A stretch of DNA of 59,876 bases from Planctomycetota bacterium (GTDB lineage: Bacteria; Planctomycetota; UBA8108; UBA1146), in the NCBI GenBank assembly GCA_002711105.1, contig PAIH01000024.1:1-59876 (forward strand). Direction: 5' to 3'. Both the position numbers and the translations under genes were made by a program. The notes below the pieces were generated by a model. It saw only the letters and a program-made list of their open reading frames with translations. It did not search any database and was not told where the DNA came from. Position 1 is the first letter of the stretch. Each line of letters starts with the position of its first letter. This document shows positions 8,042 through 17,592 of the stretch, piece after piece.

Positions 8042-11000
8042 TCAATCACAGGCATCGTAGCCAGCGCAATCGAGAGCATCATCCGTGGGATCTGCTCCAC
8101 AACTGCCATGGGGTGGCGGAGGTGCAGCACCACCATTGAATTGATTAGCGAGGCCATAGACCGCATCGGCAATGTTCATCAGACCATCATCGTTCATGTC
8201 ACAAGCATCAACGCAGGCGTAAGTACCGCCCAGGAAAAGTATGTCGAGAGCATTAACGATATCCGCGATGTTGAACGCACCATCGACGTTGCAATCGCCG
8301 CGATCGAACCCGCCAGTAGAAACTGGATTGAGAGTCACGCTTCCGTCAATGGTGTCCGGTGTGTAAGCAGCACTGTTCACCACGACGAGATTTTGTACCG
8401 GAGTCGAGCCGATGATCTCTGACCACTGCAATGTCGTCGCCACAGGAGTAGACACTCCTGCGAGATTCCCAGCATTGGTATCGAAACCAACGATCACAAC
8501 CTCAGTATCGGCCGCGAAGGGGAGAACCTCCGTGCCGGAGAAGCTGTAGACAACACCGACAGTGACTCCGTCAGGCAATATCGTTTCGGTCATGAAATCG
8601 GGACCATTGGAACCGTTCATGGCTGCAAGGGTTGGCGAAGGCATCAGTGAGATGACAGACAGAGTCGCCGGATCACTGGCCAGGGACAGCGAGAAACCTT
8701 GAGTTGAGTTCGGGAAACCAATATTGTCATCGGCCTCACCGATGGAAAGACTCGCCACCAGGGAACCGACGCCCGTTGCCTCGTCAAACTCAGCCGTGAC
8801 CTGAGGGGCGACGAATCGGAATCCCCCAGGTTGGTCGACATCGAGCTGACAGATCGCCGAGGACTGATTCTGGGTGCAGACCCCTGTCACCACGTAGACG
8901 CGAGTTCCAACCATTGAAGTTACATCACTGTAGCTATTGACGTTACCGTCCAGGATCGCCAACAAGTTGCCATCTCGGACCACTTCGATCTGTTCGTACA
9001 ACTCACCATTGAGCCATGAGAGTTCCACTTCCAGCCCGGCCACCTGGTTGCACACCAGAGCCTGGATCGGATCACAAGTGCAACTCGGATCAGAAGCACA
9101 GTCAGGATCGAGGCAATCGACCAGACCATCGAGATCGTCATCGATTCCATTGGAACAGTTTTCCGGCTGAGCAATGTCGATCACGATTTGCATCAATCCA
9201 CTACCGCTTTGTCCTGCAGAGGCAGAACCGACACGAATCGTCAGCTGGTCGCCAGCAGTAACAGACAATTGAACCTCAGAAGCGAGACCACAAGCATCAC
9301 CGTTACAGGCGAGCTGTACCAGAGCACCACAGTTACCTTGATAAACCACGATGCTTGAATCGAAGTTCACCAGACCACAAGTGCTGATGGTCAACACTCC
9401 CGTTGCCGAAGAAACCATGCTGTACCAAATATCATTACTCATCGAACCGACGAACGAACCGGCACAAGGGCCGACTGAATCAGCGCTATCACTGGCACCG
9501 GTAGTATCGACAACATTGGAACCTTGAGATGCCACCAGGGCGGTCGCACACTCATCGCCCGGGAACGGAATGCAAGATGGATCGCCAGAGCAATCGGGAT
9601 CTTCGCAGTCAGTTAACCCATCGAGGTCATCATCAACACCGTTGGTGCAGTTTTCTGCACTGGAAGTCGAAAGACTGAGATCGAGAATACCGGTACCGGC
9701 ACTGCCCAGATTCCAACCACCAACTCGGATTATGTACTCGGTGCCTGCTGTGACAGGTAGATCACTGAGGCGAGAGGTGAAGGTGGAACAACCAGGGCCA
9801 TCGCCATTGCAGCCGACCTGGGTCAAGGCATCGCAAGTACCGGAATAGATTGCGATATCAGAGTCGAAATTGACCAGGTTGCACAGATCAGCAGTCAATA
9901 GCCCGTCACTAGCTGGCGTGAAGCTGTACCAGATGTCCTGAACAAACTGTCCAAGGAAAGTGCCAGAACACTGGGAAGGATCGGACAAATCGGTGGAATC
10001 TGTCGCACCAGTGGTATCCACGGCGTTGGAACCCAACACTGCGGCAATCGCATCTACGCACTCATCTCCTGCGGAGGGAGGACCACAGGCAGGATCCCCG
10101 GCGCAGTCGGTATCGGCACAATCGACGGCTCCGTCGCCATCATCGTCGACTCCATTACTGCAATTTTCGACCGGAGTTCCTGTACATGCCGGATCCGCAG
10201 CACAATCCGGGTCGGCACAATCAACTGCGCCATCTCCGTCATCATCGACGCCATTATTGCAGACCTCGACCGGAGTGCCGCCACCTGGAGTGAAGATGAT
10301 TTCGAGTTCACCGCTTCCACCGGTAGTTCCGAAACTACCGACACGAATCATGTAGTTGGTTCCGCCAGTTACCGAGAAGTTAGAGATGATCGAAGTAAAG
10401 TTACTGCAACCACTGCCGTCACCATTACAGGCGACCTGATTCAGTGCCCCACAGCCACCTGTGTAGACCACCAGATCGGTGTCATAACTAGCAGTATTAC
10501 AGGTAGTGAGCGTAACGATTCCATCCTGGGCCGGGGTGTAGCTGAGCCAGATGTCCTTGGACACCTGTCCCAGGAAGGTACCGGCACACTGGGCATCATT
10601 GGCAGCCACACCACTGTTGGTCGCACCACCGTTATCGATGGGATGGATTCCTGCCAACACTACCGTAGCTGTGTCGCAGTCATCATTGTCGGGAGGCGGA
10701 GGAGGATTACAGATCCCCGCACCATTCATCTCGACCGCAGTGAGGGCATTTTGTATTTGCGTCGCATCTGTTGCGGTGAATGCGATACCTGAAGAACCGC
10801 CTGTTCGCGGATCTTTGGGCGTGGTGCCCACCAGATCAGTCGCCGCTTGGTTGAACAGAACATACGCCTCGTTGAAATCGGAAGCAGGAGTGAGGTAGAC
10901 GGTCAGCGCGCGGAACCAGACCGAACCCGCCTTGATGGCGCCAATTCCTGTAACGGTAACACCGTTGAAGGTTTTGCCATCGGTGGCCATCGCAAATGCA

Positions 11001-12358
11001 TGGTTCGGGACTCCCGACCCCATGTGAACGCCACCGTTATCGAAACCAGGATCACAGCTGGTCGCCTCGTAAAGAGCACTGAGAGCACGATCAGGATCGC
11101 CTTTGCAGGTCGGCGACCACATGTCACGGATTGCCCCAAGAGAACTATCTTCTCCCATCAACCAGCGTACCGATGAATCCCCACAACCGGTGCGGCCGCT
11201 GTTGGGTGTGTCATTGCCACTGCCTGTCGGAGTCGGTGGCCAGGGAGTTCCACCGGGAGTCCCGGCGTCAGAAGCATTGCCGTTCCATAGATCTACCAGT
11301 TCTCCGAATACGTCCGAGAAGGATTCGTTCAACTGACCTGACTGATTCTGATAGATCAGATCCGCAGTGTTATCAGTGAGTCCGTGACCGAACTCATGAC
11401 CGACGATGTCATCGGTAGCGAGTCCATCACAAAAAGCCGTTCCACTACCATTCCAGATTGCATTGGGACAGATCCCATCACTCCAGTTGGCTGTGGCTCT
11501 CAAGATCCCCCCGGCACCATCGATGCCGTCGCGGTTCAGTCCACTGTTGATCAAACGATAGAAATCTCCGGTGAAGTCGTAGACTCCATCCACATCTGCA
11601 TCACCAGTCGGAGCAGCGCCTTCCGACCGAACCAGAGTTCCTGGCAATCCACCACCAGTTCCATCATGGATGCGACGGTTGATGGCAGAATGAAGCGCTG
11701 GCCAGTGGTCGACCATCGTTCCATCGATGGCGTCGATCAAAACGTGTTCTGGCAAAACGGTCTGAGAACCGACCACCATGTGCCATGCGAGTTGGATGGT
11801 TCCATCGGAAGGATCGCCATACCAACCTGGATCGACGATCGTCAATCTTTGTTCCGAAGCTCGGGGTTCGTCCATTCGTAGTTCCCCGGCAGCGAGAAAT
11901 ACTGCTTCCTCGATGGTGAGTACCGGATTTGTCGGGACATCACTTCGAAGCGGGTAAAAGTCACCGTTTACCGCAAGGAACTGTCCCTGTGGGTCCTGGT
12001 GAATGATCAGCTGTCCGGTGAAGACTTCGATTCCACGATAAATCTGCTGATAACGGTGATGGACGTTGCCCTGATCGCAGATGTCGGTACGGAGTCGCCG
12101 GAGTTGATTCCTCGGATCAGTAATACCAAAGAGGCGGCCATGAATGTCGAGCACGGCGAGAGGATCCTCGAGATTCTCGATACCAGGGATCGCGAGACCC
12201 TCTGGACCAGTAATCAGAGTAGCAAGACCTGTCACCGAAGAGCTGTGAATCTTCAGTTCACTGGCTCCCGGCTGTCGATCCTCAAGAATCTGAGCACCCA
12301 GTGGTGCTCCAAGGAAAAGACACGCGGCCATTGCCGCAACAAACCTGGAGAAGGACAT
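8042..12358 (-). CDS. secreted modular M4 (thermolysin-family) zinc metalloprotease with Cys-rich repeat modules and a C-terminal dockerin-like domain
   Basis: Start chosen at ATG 12358, with AGGAGG 6 nt upstream and signal peptide MSFSRFVAAMAACLFLGAPLGAQ. Zinc site HEFGH lies at 11384-11398 and NESFSD at 11312-11329. There are three ~130-aa Cys-containing repeats (..DIW(L/Y)S..P..DG..T...C.....D(T/S)...(V/I)Y.G.C.AL.Q..CNGD..) and four CxNG(V/I)DDD(G/L)DGxxDCxDxDC modules. A dockerin-like EF-hand pair (DCNVDGAFNIADIV / DMNDDGLMNIADAV) lies near 8160-8300. Confidence 0.85.
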   Translation of the reverse strand: MSFSRFVAAMAACLFLGAPLGAQILEDRQPGASELKIHSSSVTGLATLITGPEGLAIPGIENLEDPLAVLDIHGRLFGITDPRNQLRRLRTDICDQGNVHHRYQQIYRGIEVFTGQLIIHQDPQGQFLAVNGDFYPLRSDVPTNPVLTIEEAVFLAAGELRMDEPRASEQRLTIVDPGWYGDPSDGTIQLAWHMVVGSQTVLPEHVLIDAIDGTMVDHWPALHSAINRRIHDGTGGGLPGTLVRSEGAAPTGDADVDGVYDFTGDFYRLINSGLNRDGIDGAGGILRATANWSDGICPNAIWNGSGTAFCDGLATDDIVGHEFGHGLTDNTADLIYQNQSGQLNESFSDVFGELVDLWNGNASDAGTPGGTPWPPTPTGSGNDTPNSGRTGCGDSSVRWLMGEDSSLGAIRDMWSPTCKGDPDRALSALYEATSCDPGFDNGGVHMGSGVPNHAFAMATDGKTFNGVTVTGIGAIKAGSVWFRALTVYLTPASDFNEAYVLFNQAATDLVGTTPKDPRTGGSSGIAFTATDATQIQNALTAVEMNGAGICNPPPPPDNDDCDTATVVLAGIHPIDNGGATNSGVAANDAQCAGTFLGQVSKDIWLSYTPAQDGIVTLTTCNTASYDTDLVVYTGGCGALNQVACNGDGSGCSNFTSIISNFSVTGGTNYMIRVGSFGTTGGSGELEIIFTPGGGTPVEVCNNGVDDDGDGAVDCADPDCAADPACTGTPVENCSNGVDDDGDGAVDCADTDCAGDPACGPPSAGDECVDAIAAVLGSNAVDTTGATDSTDLSDPSQCSGTFLGQFVQDIWYSFTPASDGLLTADLCNLVNFDSDIAIYSGTCDALTQVGCNGDGPGCSTFTSRLSDLPVTAGTEYIIRVGGWNLGSAGTGILDLSLSTSSAENCTNGVDDDLDGLTDCEDPDCSGDPSCIPFPGDECATALVASQGSNVVDTTGASDSADSVGPCAGSFVGSMSNDIWYSMVSSATGVLTISTCGLVNFDSSIVVYQGNCGALVQLACNGDACGLASEVQLSVTAGDQLTIRVGSASAGQSGSGLMQIVIDIAQPENCSNGIDDDLDGLVDCLDPDCASDPSCTCDPIQALVCNQVAGLEVELSWLNGELYEQIEVVRDGNLLAILDGNVNSYSDVTSMVGTRVYVVTGVCTQNQSSAICQLDVDQPGGFRFVAPQVTAEFDEATGVGSLVASLSIGEADDNIGFPNSTQGFSLSLASDPATLSVISLMPSPTLAAMNGSNGPDFMTETILPDGVTVGVVYSFSGTEVLPFAADTEVVIVGFDTNAGNLAGVSTPVATTLQWSEIIGSTPVQNLVVVNSAAYTPDTIDGSVTLNPVSTGGFDRGDCNVDGAFNIADIVNALDILFLGGTYACVDACDMNDDGLMNIADAVYGLANQFNGGAAPPPPHGSCGADPTDDALDCAGYDACD
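10085..10268 (-). repeat. tandem duplicate of a ~93-nt coding module (CxNGVDDDGDGAVDCAD(P/T)DCAxDPAC); diverged copies near 9066-9160 and 9560-9655
   Basis: Protein reads CNNGVDDDGDGAVDCADPDCAADPAC-TGTPVEN-CSNGVDDDGDGAVDCADTDCAGDPAC. By eye the two DNA copies are similar over most positions. Confidence 0.7.
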
Positions 12359-12808
12359 TACGTCCCTCCTTTCGTGATTCCCTGATCCCATCCGATTTAT
12401 TTTCGAACTATCAGGGAAGACTGAGCGGCCCGAAGGTCGGGCACTATCATGGCGTGGCCTAGATGAAGGGAACGTGCCCCGGTTTGAGCGGTAGCTGACG
12501 CGAAACGAAGATGGACTGGAATCATGGATCCTGAACCGGGGAACTCCCCGGCAACAGCCTGGAACCTCTGCCTGATTCTTATTCATAATTGAACCCAGGG
12601 CCTGGATATCCCCAAAAACCCTGATCTGTCCCATCCCGCAAGAGCCCGGAGGCGCTCGTCTGGAAATTGGATCTCCAGAACAAAAGGAGCGCTGTCCCAA
12701 TCCACCGATCCGGTTTCCCGGTCAAATCGGACCGCCTGTTTGAAAAAAAGGCCCTGTTTACGCCCTAGCCAGGTCCATATAGGCTCTGCGACAGGAGAGG
12801 GAAGTCAC

Positions 12809-13804
12809 ATGATCAAGGTGAGAGATCTCAGAAAGGTGTTCCGGGTCCACCAGAAGGAAGCAGGGCTGGCGGCATCCGTCCGATCTCTCTTCCATCGTAA
12901 ATGGGTCGAAAAGGACGCGGTCACCGGGTCGACATTCGATGTCAAGGAAGGGGAAATTGTCGGCCTCATCGGTGCCAACGGAGCGGGGAAAACCACGCTG
13001 GTGAAGATGCTCTCGGGAATCATCCACCCCACCTCTGGAGAAGCAGAGGTTCTCGGTTACGTACCGTGGGAACGTGACAATGACTTTCGCAGACAGATCG
13101 CCCTCGTCATGGGACAGAAAGCACAGATGTGGTGGGATCTTCCCGGCGGGGATTGCTTCGAGTTACTGCGGGAGATCTATCAGATTCCTCGTGATCAATA
13201 TCAGCAATCCTTGAAAAAACTCACCGAAATGCTGGGGATCGGCGACGAGTTGAAGGTCCAGATCAGACGCCTGTCTCTCGGCGAACGAATGAAGATGGAA
13301 CTGATCGCGGCACTGCTCCATTCACCCCGTGTTGTCTATCTCGATGAACCGACCATCGGTCTCGACATCACCACCCAGAGAGCGGTGCGAGATTTCCTTC
13401 TGGACTACCGCCGAGAAAATGCTCCAGCAATGATTCTGACCAGTCACTACATGGAAGATATCGAGAGGCTCTGTGAACGAATCATCATCATCCGCGAAGG
13501 AGACATCGTTTACGACGGCAGCCTTGAGCGAGTAATGCGCGAATATGCTCCCTACAAACAACTTCGACTACATGTTCATCGCACTGCCCAACAGCAACCG
13601 GAACTGGAACTCCTGGAGAAGATGGGGCAAGTCATCGAATGTGAACCTGGCTCGATATGTCTCCGTGTAGACAGGGACAAGATTCCAGAGGTGGCAGCTG
13701 AGTTACTGAGAAAATACTCGGTGATCGATCTCTCCATCGAGGATCCGGAAATCGGAGATACCATCGAGAGAATCATGGCGGGAAGAATGGCAGATTCAGA
13801 ATGA
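12809..13804 (+). CDS. ABC transporter ATP-binding protein (partner of ABC-2 type permeases)
   Basis: Start at ATG 12809 (MIKVRDLRKVF) with GGAGAGGGA upstream. Walker A GANGAGKTT, signature LSLGERMK and Walker B VVYLDEPT are present. The C-terminal extension is typical of the uncharacterised ABC ATPases found with two ABC-2 permeases. Confidence 0.9.
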   Translation: MIKVRDLRKVFRVHQKEAGLAASVRSLFHRKWVEKDAVTGSTFDVKEGEIVGLIGANGAGKTTLVKMLSGIIHPTSGEAEVLGYVPWERDNDFRRQIALVMGQKAQMWWDLPGGDCFELLREIYQIPRDQYQQSLKKLTEMLGIGDELKVQIRRLSLGERMKMELIAALLHSPRVVYLDEPTIGLDITTQRAVRDFLLDYRRENAPAMILTSHYMEDIERLCERIIIIREGDIVYDGSLERVMREYAPYKQLRLHVHRTAQQQPELELLEKMGQVIECEPGSICLRVDRDKIPEVAAELLRKYSVIDLSIEDPEIGDTIERIMAGRMADSE

Positions 13805-14613
13805 GCCTTTCCCTCTTCTTTCACATCGTGGATCTCGAGACCAAGAAACTGATGAGCTATCGGGTCGATTTCTGGATCACGATGGTGGTCAATCTGGTCG
13901 TGAATCTGGTCATCCTGTGGGCGCTCTGGACCGCCATCTTCGCCGAGTCCGGCTCGGAGATCATCGGCGGCTGGGATCTTCCGGGAATCCTCTCCTATGG
14001 AGTGATGGTATTCCTGACCGGACGCATCGTCCGGGGTGGCGATCTTCAGATGACCGTGGCTACTGACATCTACGAGGGCGCACTCAGTCGGTTCCTCCTC
14101 TACCCCCGTCACTATGCCTTCACAAAGTATGCCCAGCAGGTCGGGAACGTCGTGCCAGATCTGTTCCAGTCGGTTCTGATGGGTCTGGTGGCACTGCCGC
14201 TGCTGGGGCTCTCGACCACAACACCCATCACCCCACTGACCGTCGCGATGTCGATCCCGACGATCCTGGTGGCGCATCTGCTTTTTTTTCTGATGGGATT
14301 GATCCCGCAGTATATCGCTTTCTGGGCCGACAACGTCTGGAGCCTGTCGGTGATGGTCCGCTTCGTGACGATGTTACTGGGAGGAGCGATGCTCCCTCTT
14401 TCATTATTCCCTGATTCAGTTCAGCAAATTCTCCACTGGCTTCCGTTTGCTTACCTGTTCGAGTTCCCGACGCTGGTCATCCTGGGAAAGGTAGATTTCT
14501 CGCAGTGGCTCACTGGCATCGGAACTTGCCTGCTGTGGTGCCTCGCCCTCGGCGTCTTATCGATTCCAGTCTGGCGAAGAGGCGACCTGCGCTACACGGG
14601 AGTAGGCATCTGA
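13801..14613 (+). CDS. ABC-2 family transporter permease
   Basis: ATGA start/stop overlap with the ATPase gene. 270 aa, polytopic and hydrophobic (about 6 TM helices). Confidence 0.8.
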   Translation: MSLSLFFHIVDLETKKLMSYRVDFWITMVVNLVVNLVILWALWTAIFAESGSEIIGGWDLPGILSYGVMVFLTGRIVRGGDLQMTVATDIYEGALSRFLLYPRHYAFTKYAQQVGNVVPDLFQSVLMGLVALPLLGLSTTTPITPLTVAMSIPTILVAHLLFFLMGLIPQYIAFWADNVWSLSVMVRFVTMLLGGAMLPLSLFPDSVQQILHWLPFAYLFEFPTLVILGKVDFSQWLTGIGTCLLWCLALGVLSIPVWRRGDLRYTGVGI

Positions 14614-15401
14614 TGATGAGATACGCACGACTCTATCTCCAGTTTCTGAAGTTCTCATTCAGCCGGGCCCTCGAGTACCGAATGGATTTCTGGTTCCGCA
14701 TCGTCATGGACTGCTTGTTTTACGCCGTAGAGCTGGTCTTCTTCACGATTCTCTACCAGCACACCAACATGATCGGCGGCTGGGACTACGATCAGGTACT
14801 GATCTTTGTCTCGGGATACCTGGTCATCGACGCCATTCACATGACCGTCTTCAGTAACAACATGTGGTGGCTACCGATCTACGTGAACAAGGGCGATCTC
14901 GACTACTACATCGTGAGACCGGTTTCCTCGCTGTTTTTTCTCAGTCTGCGAGACTTCGCGGCAAACTCGTTTTTAAATCTACTCATCGCGGGGGGGATAC
15001 TGGCCTGGTCGATCCTGCGCTACCCAGGCGAACTGGGTACAGAAAATCTGATCTGGTTCCTGTTTTTGATGCTCAATGGCAGTTTTATTTTTTATGTCCT
15101 GCAGATGCTCTTTCAGATCCCGGTGTTCTGGACCCACACCAACCGCGGTCTGTTGACCGCCTTCTTCTCGGCCAACAAATTGATGGAACGCCCTGACAAA
15201 ATCTATTCCAAATGGACGCGCAGAATTTTGATGACGGTCTTCCCGGCATTACTGGTCATCGCCCTACCCGCCAGGGTCCTCTTCGATGGTCCCGACCCGC
15301 TACTGATTACTCACATTCTCGGGGTCACCACCATCGCATTCCTCGGCATGCGCGCGTTCTGGAACCTGGGATTGCGCAGCTATTCGAGTGCATCTTCCTG
15401 A
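14613..15401 (+). CDS. ABC-2 family transporter permease (second subunit)
   Basis: In-frame ATG at 14613 overlaps the upstream TGA (MMRYARLYLQFLKFSFSRALEYRMDFW). Polytopic membrane protein. Confidence 0.8.
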   Translation: MMRYARLYLQFLKFSFSRALEYRMDFWFRIVMDCLFYAVELVFFTILYQHTNMIGGWDYDQVLIFVSGYLVIDAIHMTVFSNNMWWLPIYVNKGDLDYYIVRPVSSLFFLSLRDFAANSFLNLLIAGGILAWSILRYPGELGTENLIWFLFLMLNGSFIFYVLQMLFQIPVFWTHTNRGLLTAFFSANKLMERPDKIYSKWTRRILMTVFPALLVIALPARVLFDGPDPLLITHILGVTTIAFLGMRAFWNLGLRSYSSASS

Positions 15402-15415
15402 GCGCCGGAATGGGC

Positions 15416-16096
15416 TTACTTCTCCAGAGCCTCTTCAATCTTCGCGGTGACGAGCTTGGCCAGTTTCTTGCGACCTTCCGGCTTGAAATGAACATCCCCG
15501 GGCGCACGGAATAGCTCCGGAGGAAAGCGGCGACTGGCAGCACCGAGATCGGTGATGGGAATGCGATACTTCTTCATCAGCCTCTTGGCCACCGCGTTAT
15601 AGCGAATGTCGTCGCCCACCTTTCGTCCCGCCTCTCCTTCAGGAACGTAAGTGATGCTGGCCCAGATCAACTTGGCTCCGGTCTTCTTGAGGCGCCGGAT
15701 CAGCTTTTCCAGGTTCTTTCCGTACTGTTCGGTGGTGAAGGTCACCTTACCGTTCTTCTTGCCCTGCTTGAGACTTCCCGGCGGATCACGGTAACAGAGA
15801 TCCCATAACCCCCAGTTGAAGTGAATCACAGCCCACTTCTGGTCCCCCAGCCAAGCATCGATCTTGGCCAGTCCGGTGCCAGTGTGCTGGGCATTACCAG
15901 GATTATGGATCACCTCGGCTCGCCCTTTCAGGGCTTCCTTCACATGGGGGGTATATCCGATGGAGATGGAATCGCCGATGATGAGCACTTGAGGTAACGT
16001 CTTCTCCGCTCCAGCCGCCGGTGATGGCGTCTGCTGCGAAAGCAGCGGCGAACAAAATAGCAGGGAGAGAAACAAAACTTGCAAAATCCTGTACAT
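15416..16096 (-). CDS. secreted SGNH/GDSL-family hydrolase
   Basis: Signal peptide MYRILQVLFLSLLFCSPLLSQ, block I VLIIGDSISIGYT, and HFNWGLWD. Confidence 0.75.
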   Translation of the reverse strand: MYRILQVLFLSLLFCSPLLSQQTPSPAAGAEKTLPQVLIIGDSISIGYTPHVKEALKGRAEVIHNPGNAQHTGTGLAKIDAWLGDQKWAVIHFNWGLWDLCYRDPPGSLKQGKKNGKVTFTTEQYGKNLEKLIRRLKKTGAKLIWASITYVPEGEAGRKVGDDIRYNAVAKRLMKKYRIPITDLGAASRRFPPELFRAPGDVHFKPEGRKKLAKLVTAKIEEALEK

Positions 16097-16201
16097 CTTT
16101 ACACCTCCCTGGAGTCACATCGGGGCTTTTTCTTGAACCGTGTTTGCCTAGAATACCCGCTGCAGATCTGACGACACGTCCCCTGCTGGAAAAGGAAGCC
16201 A

Positions 16202-17584
16202 ATGTCCGAGGAATTGGTCGGAATGCTCGAAATCGATCAGCTTTCCCGACTCGTGACAAACGACGAGATCGAGACCGTCATTGTCGTCTTCCCCGATCTC
16301 TACGGTCGGTTCATGGGGAAACGATTCGACGCGAGATTCTTTCTCGACAGTGTCGCTTCCGATGGAACCCACTGCTGCAACTACCTGCTGACTGTCGACA
16401 TGGAGATGGAACCGATCAGTGGCTATTCACTGGCGAACTGGGAGAAGGGTTATGGAGACTTCCACATGGTTCCCGACCTCTCGACACTGCGTCGGGCCAG
16501 CTGGCTGGAGAAGTCAGCGCTGGTGATTTGCGATCTCATCGACGACAAAACCCATCAACCGGTTCATGCCGCCCCTCGATCGATCTTGTCGGCACAAGTA
16601 GCGCGTGCTGACGAGGCTGGCTTCCAGGTGATGGCCGCTAGCGAACTGGAATATTACCTGCTGGAAGATTCCTACCGGGAAGCCCACGAGAAGAAATACC
16701 AGAACCTGACGGCAGCGGGCTGGTACATCGAGGATTACCACATCTTGCAGGGCACCAGGCTTGAGAGTTTCAACGCACCGGCTCGTCGTCATCTGCGGCA
16801 GTCGGGCGTACCGGTGGAGAACAGCAAAGGGGAATGGGGACTGGGTCAGCATGAGCTGAACGTTCAGTACACGGACATCCTTCAGATGGCAGACCGCCAC
16901 TGCATCTACAAGCAATGCCTCAAGGAAATCGCCGATCAACAGGAAAAGAGCGTCACCTTCATGGCGAAATACGCTCCCGACGGGGCGGGTTCCAGTTCTC
17001 ACATGCATTTGAGTCTGTGGCGCGATTCCGCCAACGCTTTCGCTGGTGATCAGGAACTGGGGCCGGTCCGCTGTAGCGACACCTTCCGCTGGTTCCTCGG
17101 TGGCTGGATCGCTCACGCCACCGAGATGATGGTCTGCTACGGCCCGACCGTGAACTCGTATCGCCGCTATCAGAAAGGCTCGTGGGCACCCACCAGCCTC
17201 GCCTGGAGCCACGACAATCGCACCGCAGGATTTCGCGTGGTGGGTAGTGGATCGAGCCTGAGGATCGAGTGCCGGATCCCTGGTGCCGACTGCAATCCCT
17301 ACCTTGCTTTCGCCGCAGCTCTCGCCTCCGGTCTCGACGGCATCGAGAATCGCATCGAACCCCCTCCAGCGTTCGAAGGGGATGTATACTCTGCCGAGGG
17401 ACTTCCACAGGTTCCAGGTTCATTGAAGGAAGCCACCGACGCTTTTGCCGACAGTCATTTCGCCAGAGACGCATTCGGTGAAGCCACCGTTGATCACTAT
17501 TGCCATTTTTTCACCACAGAGCACCAGGCGGAAAATTCCGAAGATCCGCACTGGGATCACAAACGCTACTTCGAACGGATTTAA
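16202..17584 (+). CDS. glutamine synthetase family protein, gamma-glutamyl-amine (PuuA/GlnA3-like) ligase
   Basis: 460 aa. Has a GS catalytic domain (NSKGEWGLGQHELN, GSSSHMHLSLW, NSYRRY, DNRTAGFRV, RIECRIPGADCNPYLA). Gene context includes a PuuD-like hydrolase and an ALDH. Confidence 0.8.
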   Translation: MSEELVGMLEIDQLSRLVTNDEIETVIVVFPDLYGRFMGKRFDARFFLDSVASDGTHCCNYLLTVDMEMEPISGYSLANWEKGYGDFHMVPDLSTLRRASWLEKSALVICDLIDDKTHQPVHAAPRSILSAQVARADEAGFQVMAASELEYYLLEDSYREAHEKKYQNLTAAGWYIEDYHILQGTRLESFNAPARRHLRQSGVPVENSKGEWGLGQHELNVQYTDILQMADRHCIYKQCLKEIADQQEKSVTFMAKYAPDGAGSSSHMHLSLWRDSANAFAGDQELGPVRCSDTFRWFLGGWIAHATEMMVCYGPTVNSYRRYQKGSWAPTSLAWSHDNRTAGFRVVGSGSSLRIECRIPGADCNPYLAFAAALASGLDGIENRIEPPPAFEGDVYSAEGLPQVPGSLKEATDAFADSHFARDAFGEATVDHYCHFFTTEHQAENSEDPHWDHKRYFERI

Positions 17585-17592
17585 AACACATC

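Noticed and set aside
12359-12700. The 114-codon N-terminal extension of the protease ORF in the six-frame track (start at 12700)
   Set aside because: Its R/S/G/P-rich composition is not protein-like. An ATG at 12358 has a strong AGGAGG 6 nt upstream and is followed at once by a canonical signal peptide. The extension is most likely an open non-coding stretch.
13576-14277. A 233-aa minus-strand ORF across the ABC ATPase/permease junction
   Set aside because: It is antisense to two well-supported, translationally coupled genes, and its R/H/D/Q-rich composition is not protein-like.
16514-17212. A 232-aa minus-strand ORF inside the GS-like gene. Similar long antisense ORFs lie at 19792..20445, 20903..21625, 23618..24211, 32929..33567, 43948..44538 and 44887..45498.
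   Set aside because: All lie opposite genes with strong family motifs. They are typical GC-driven antisense open frames.
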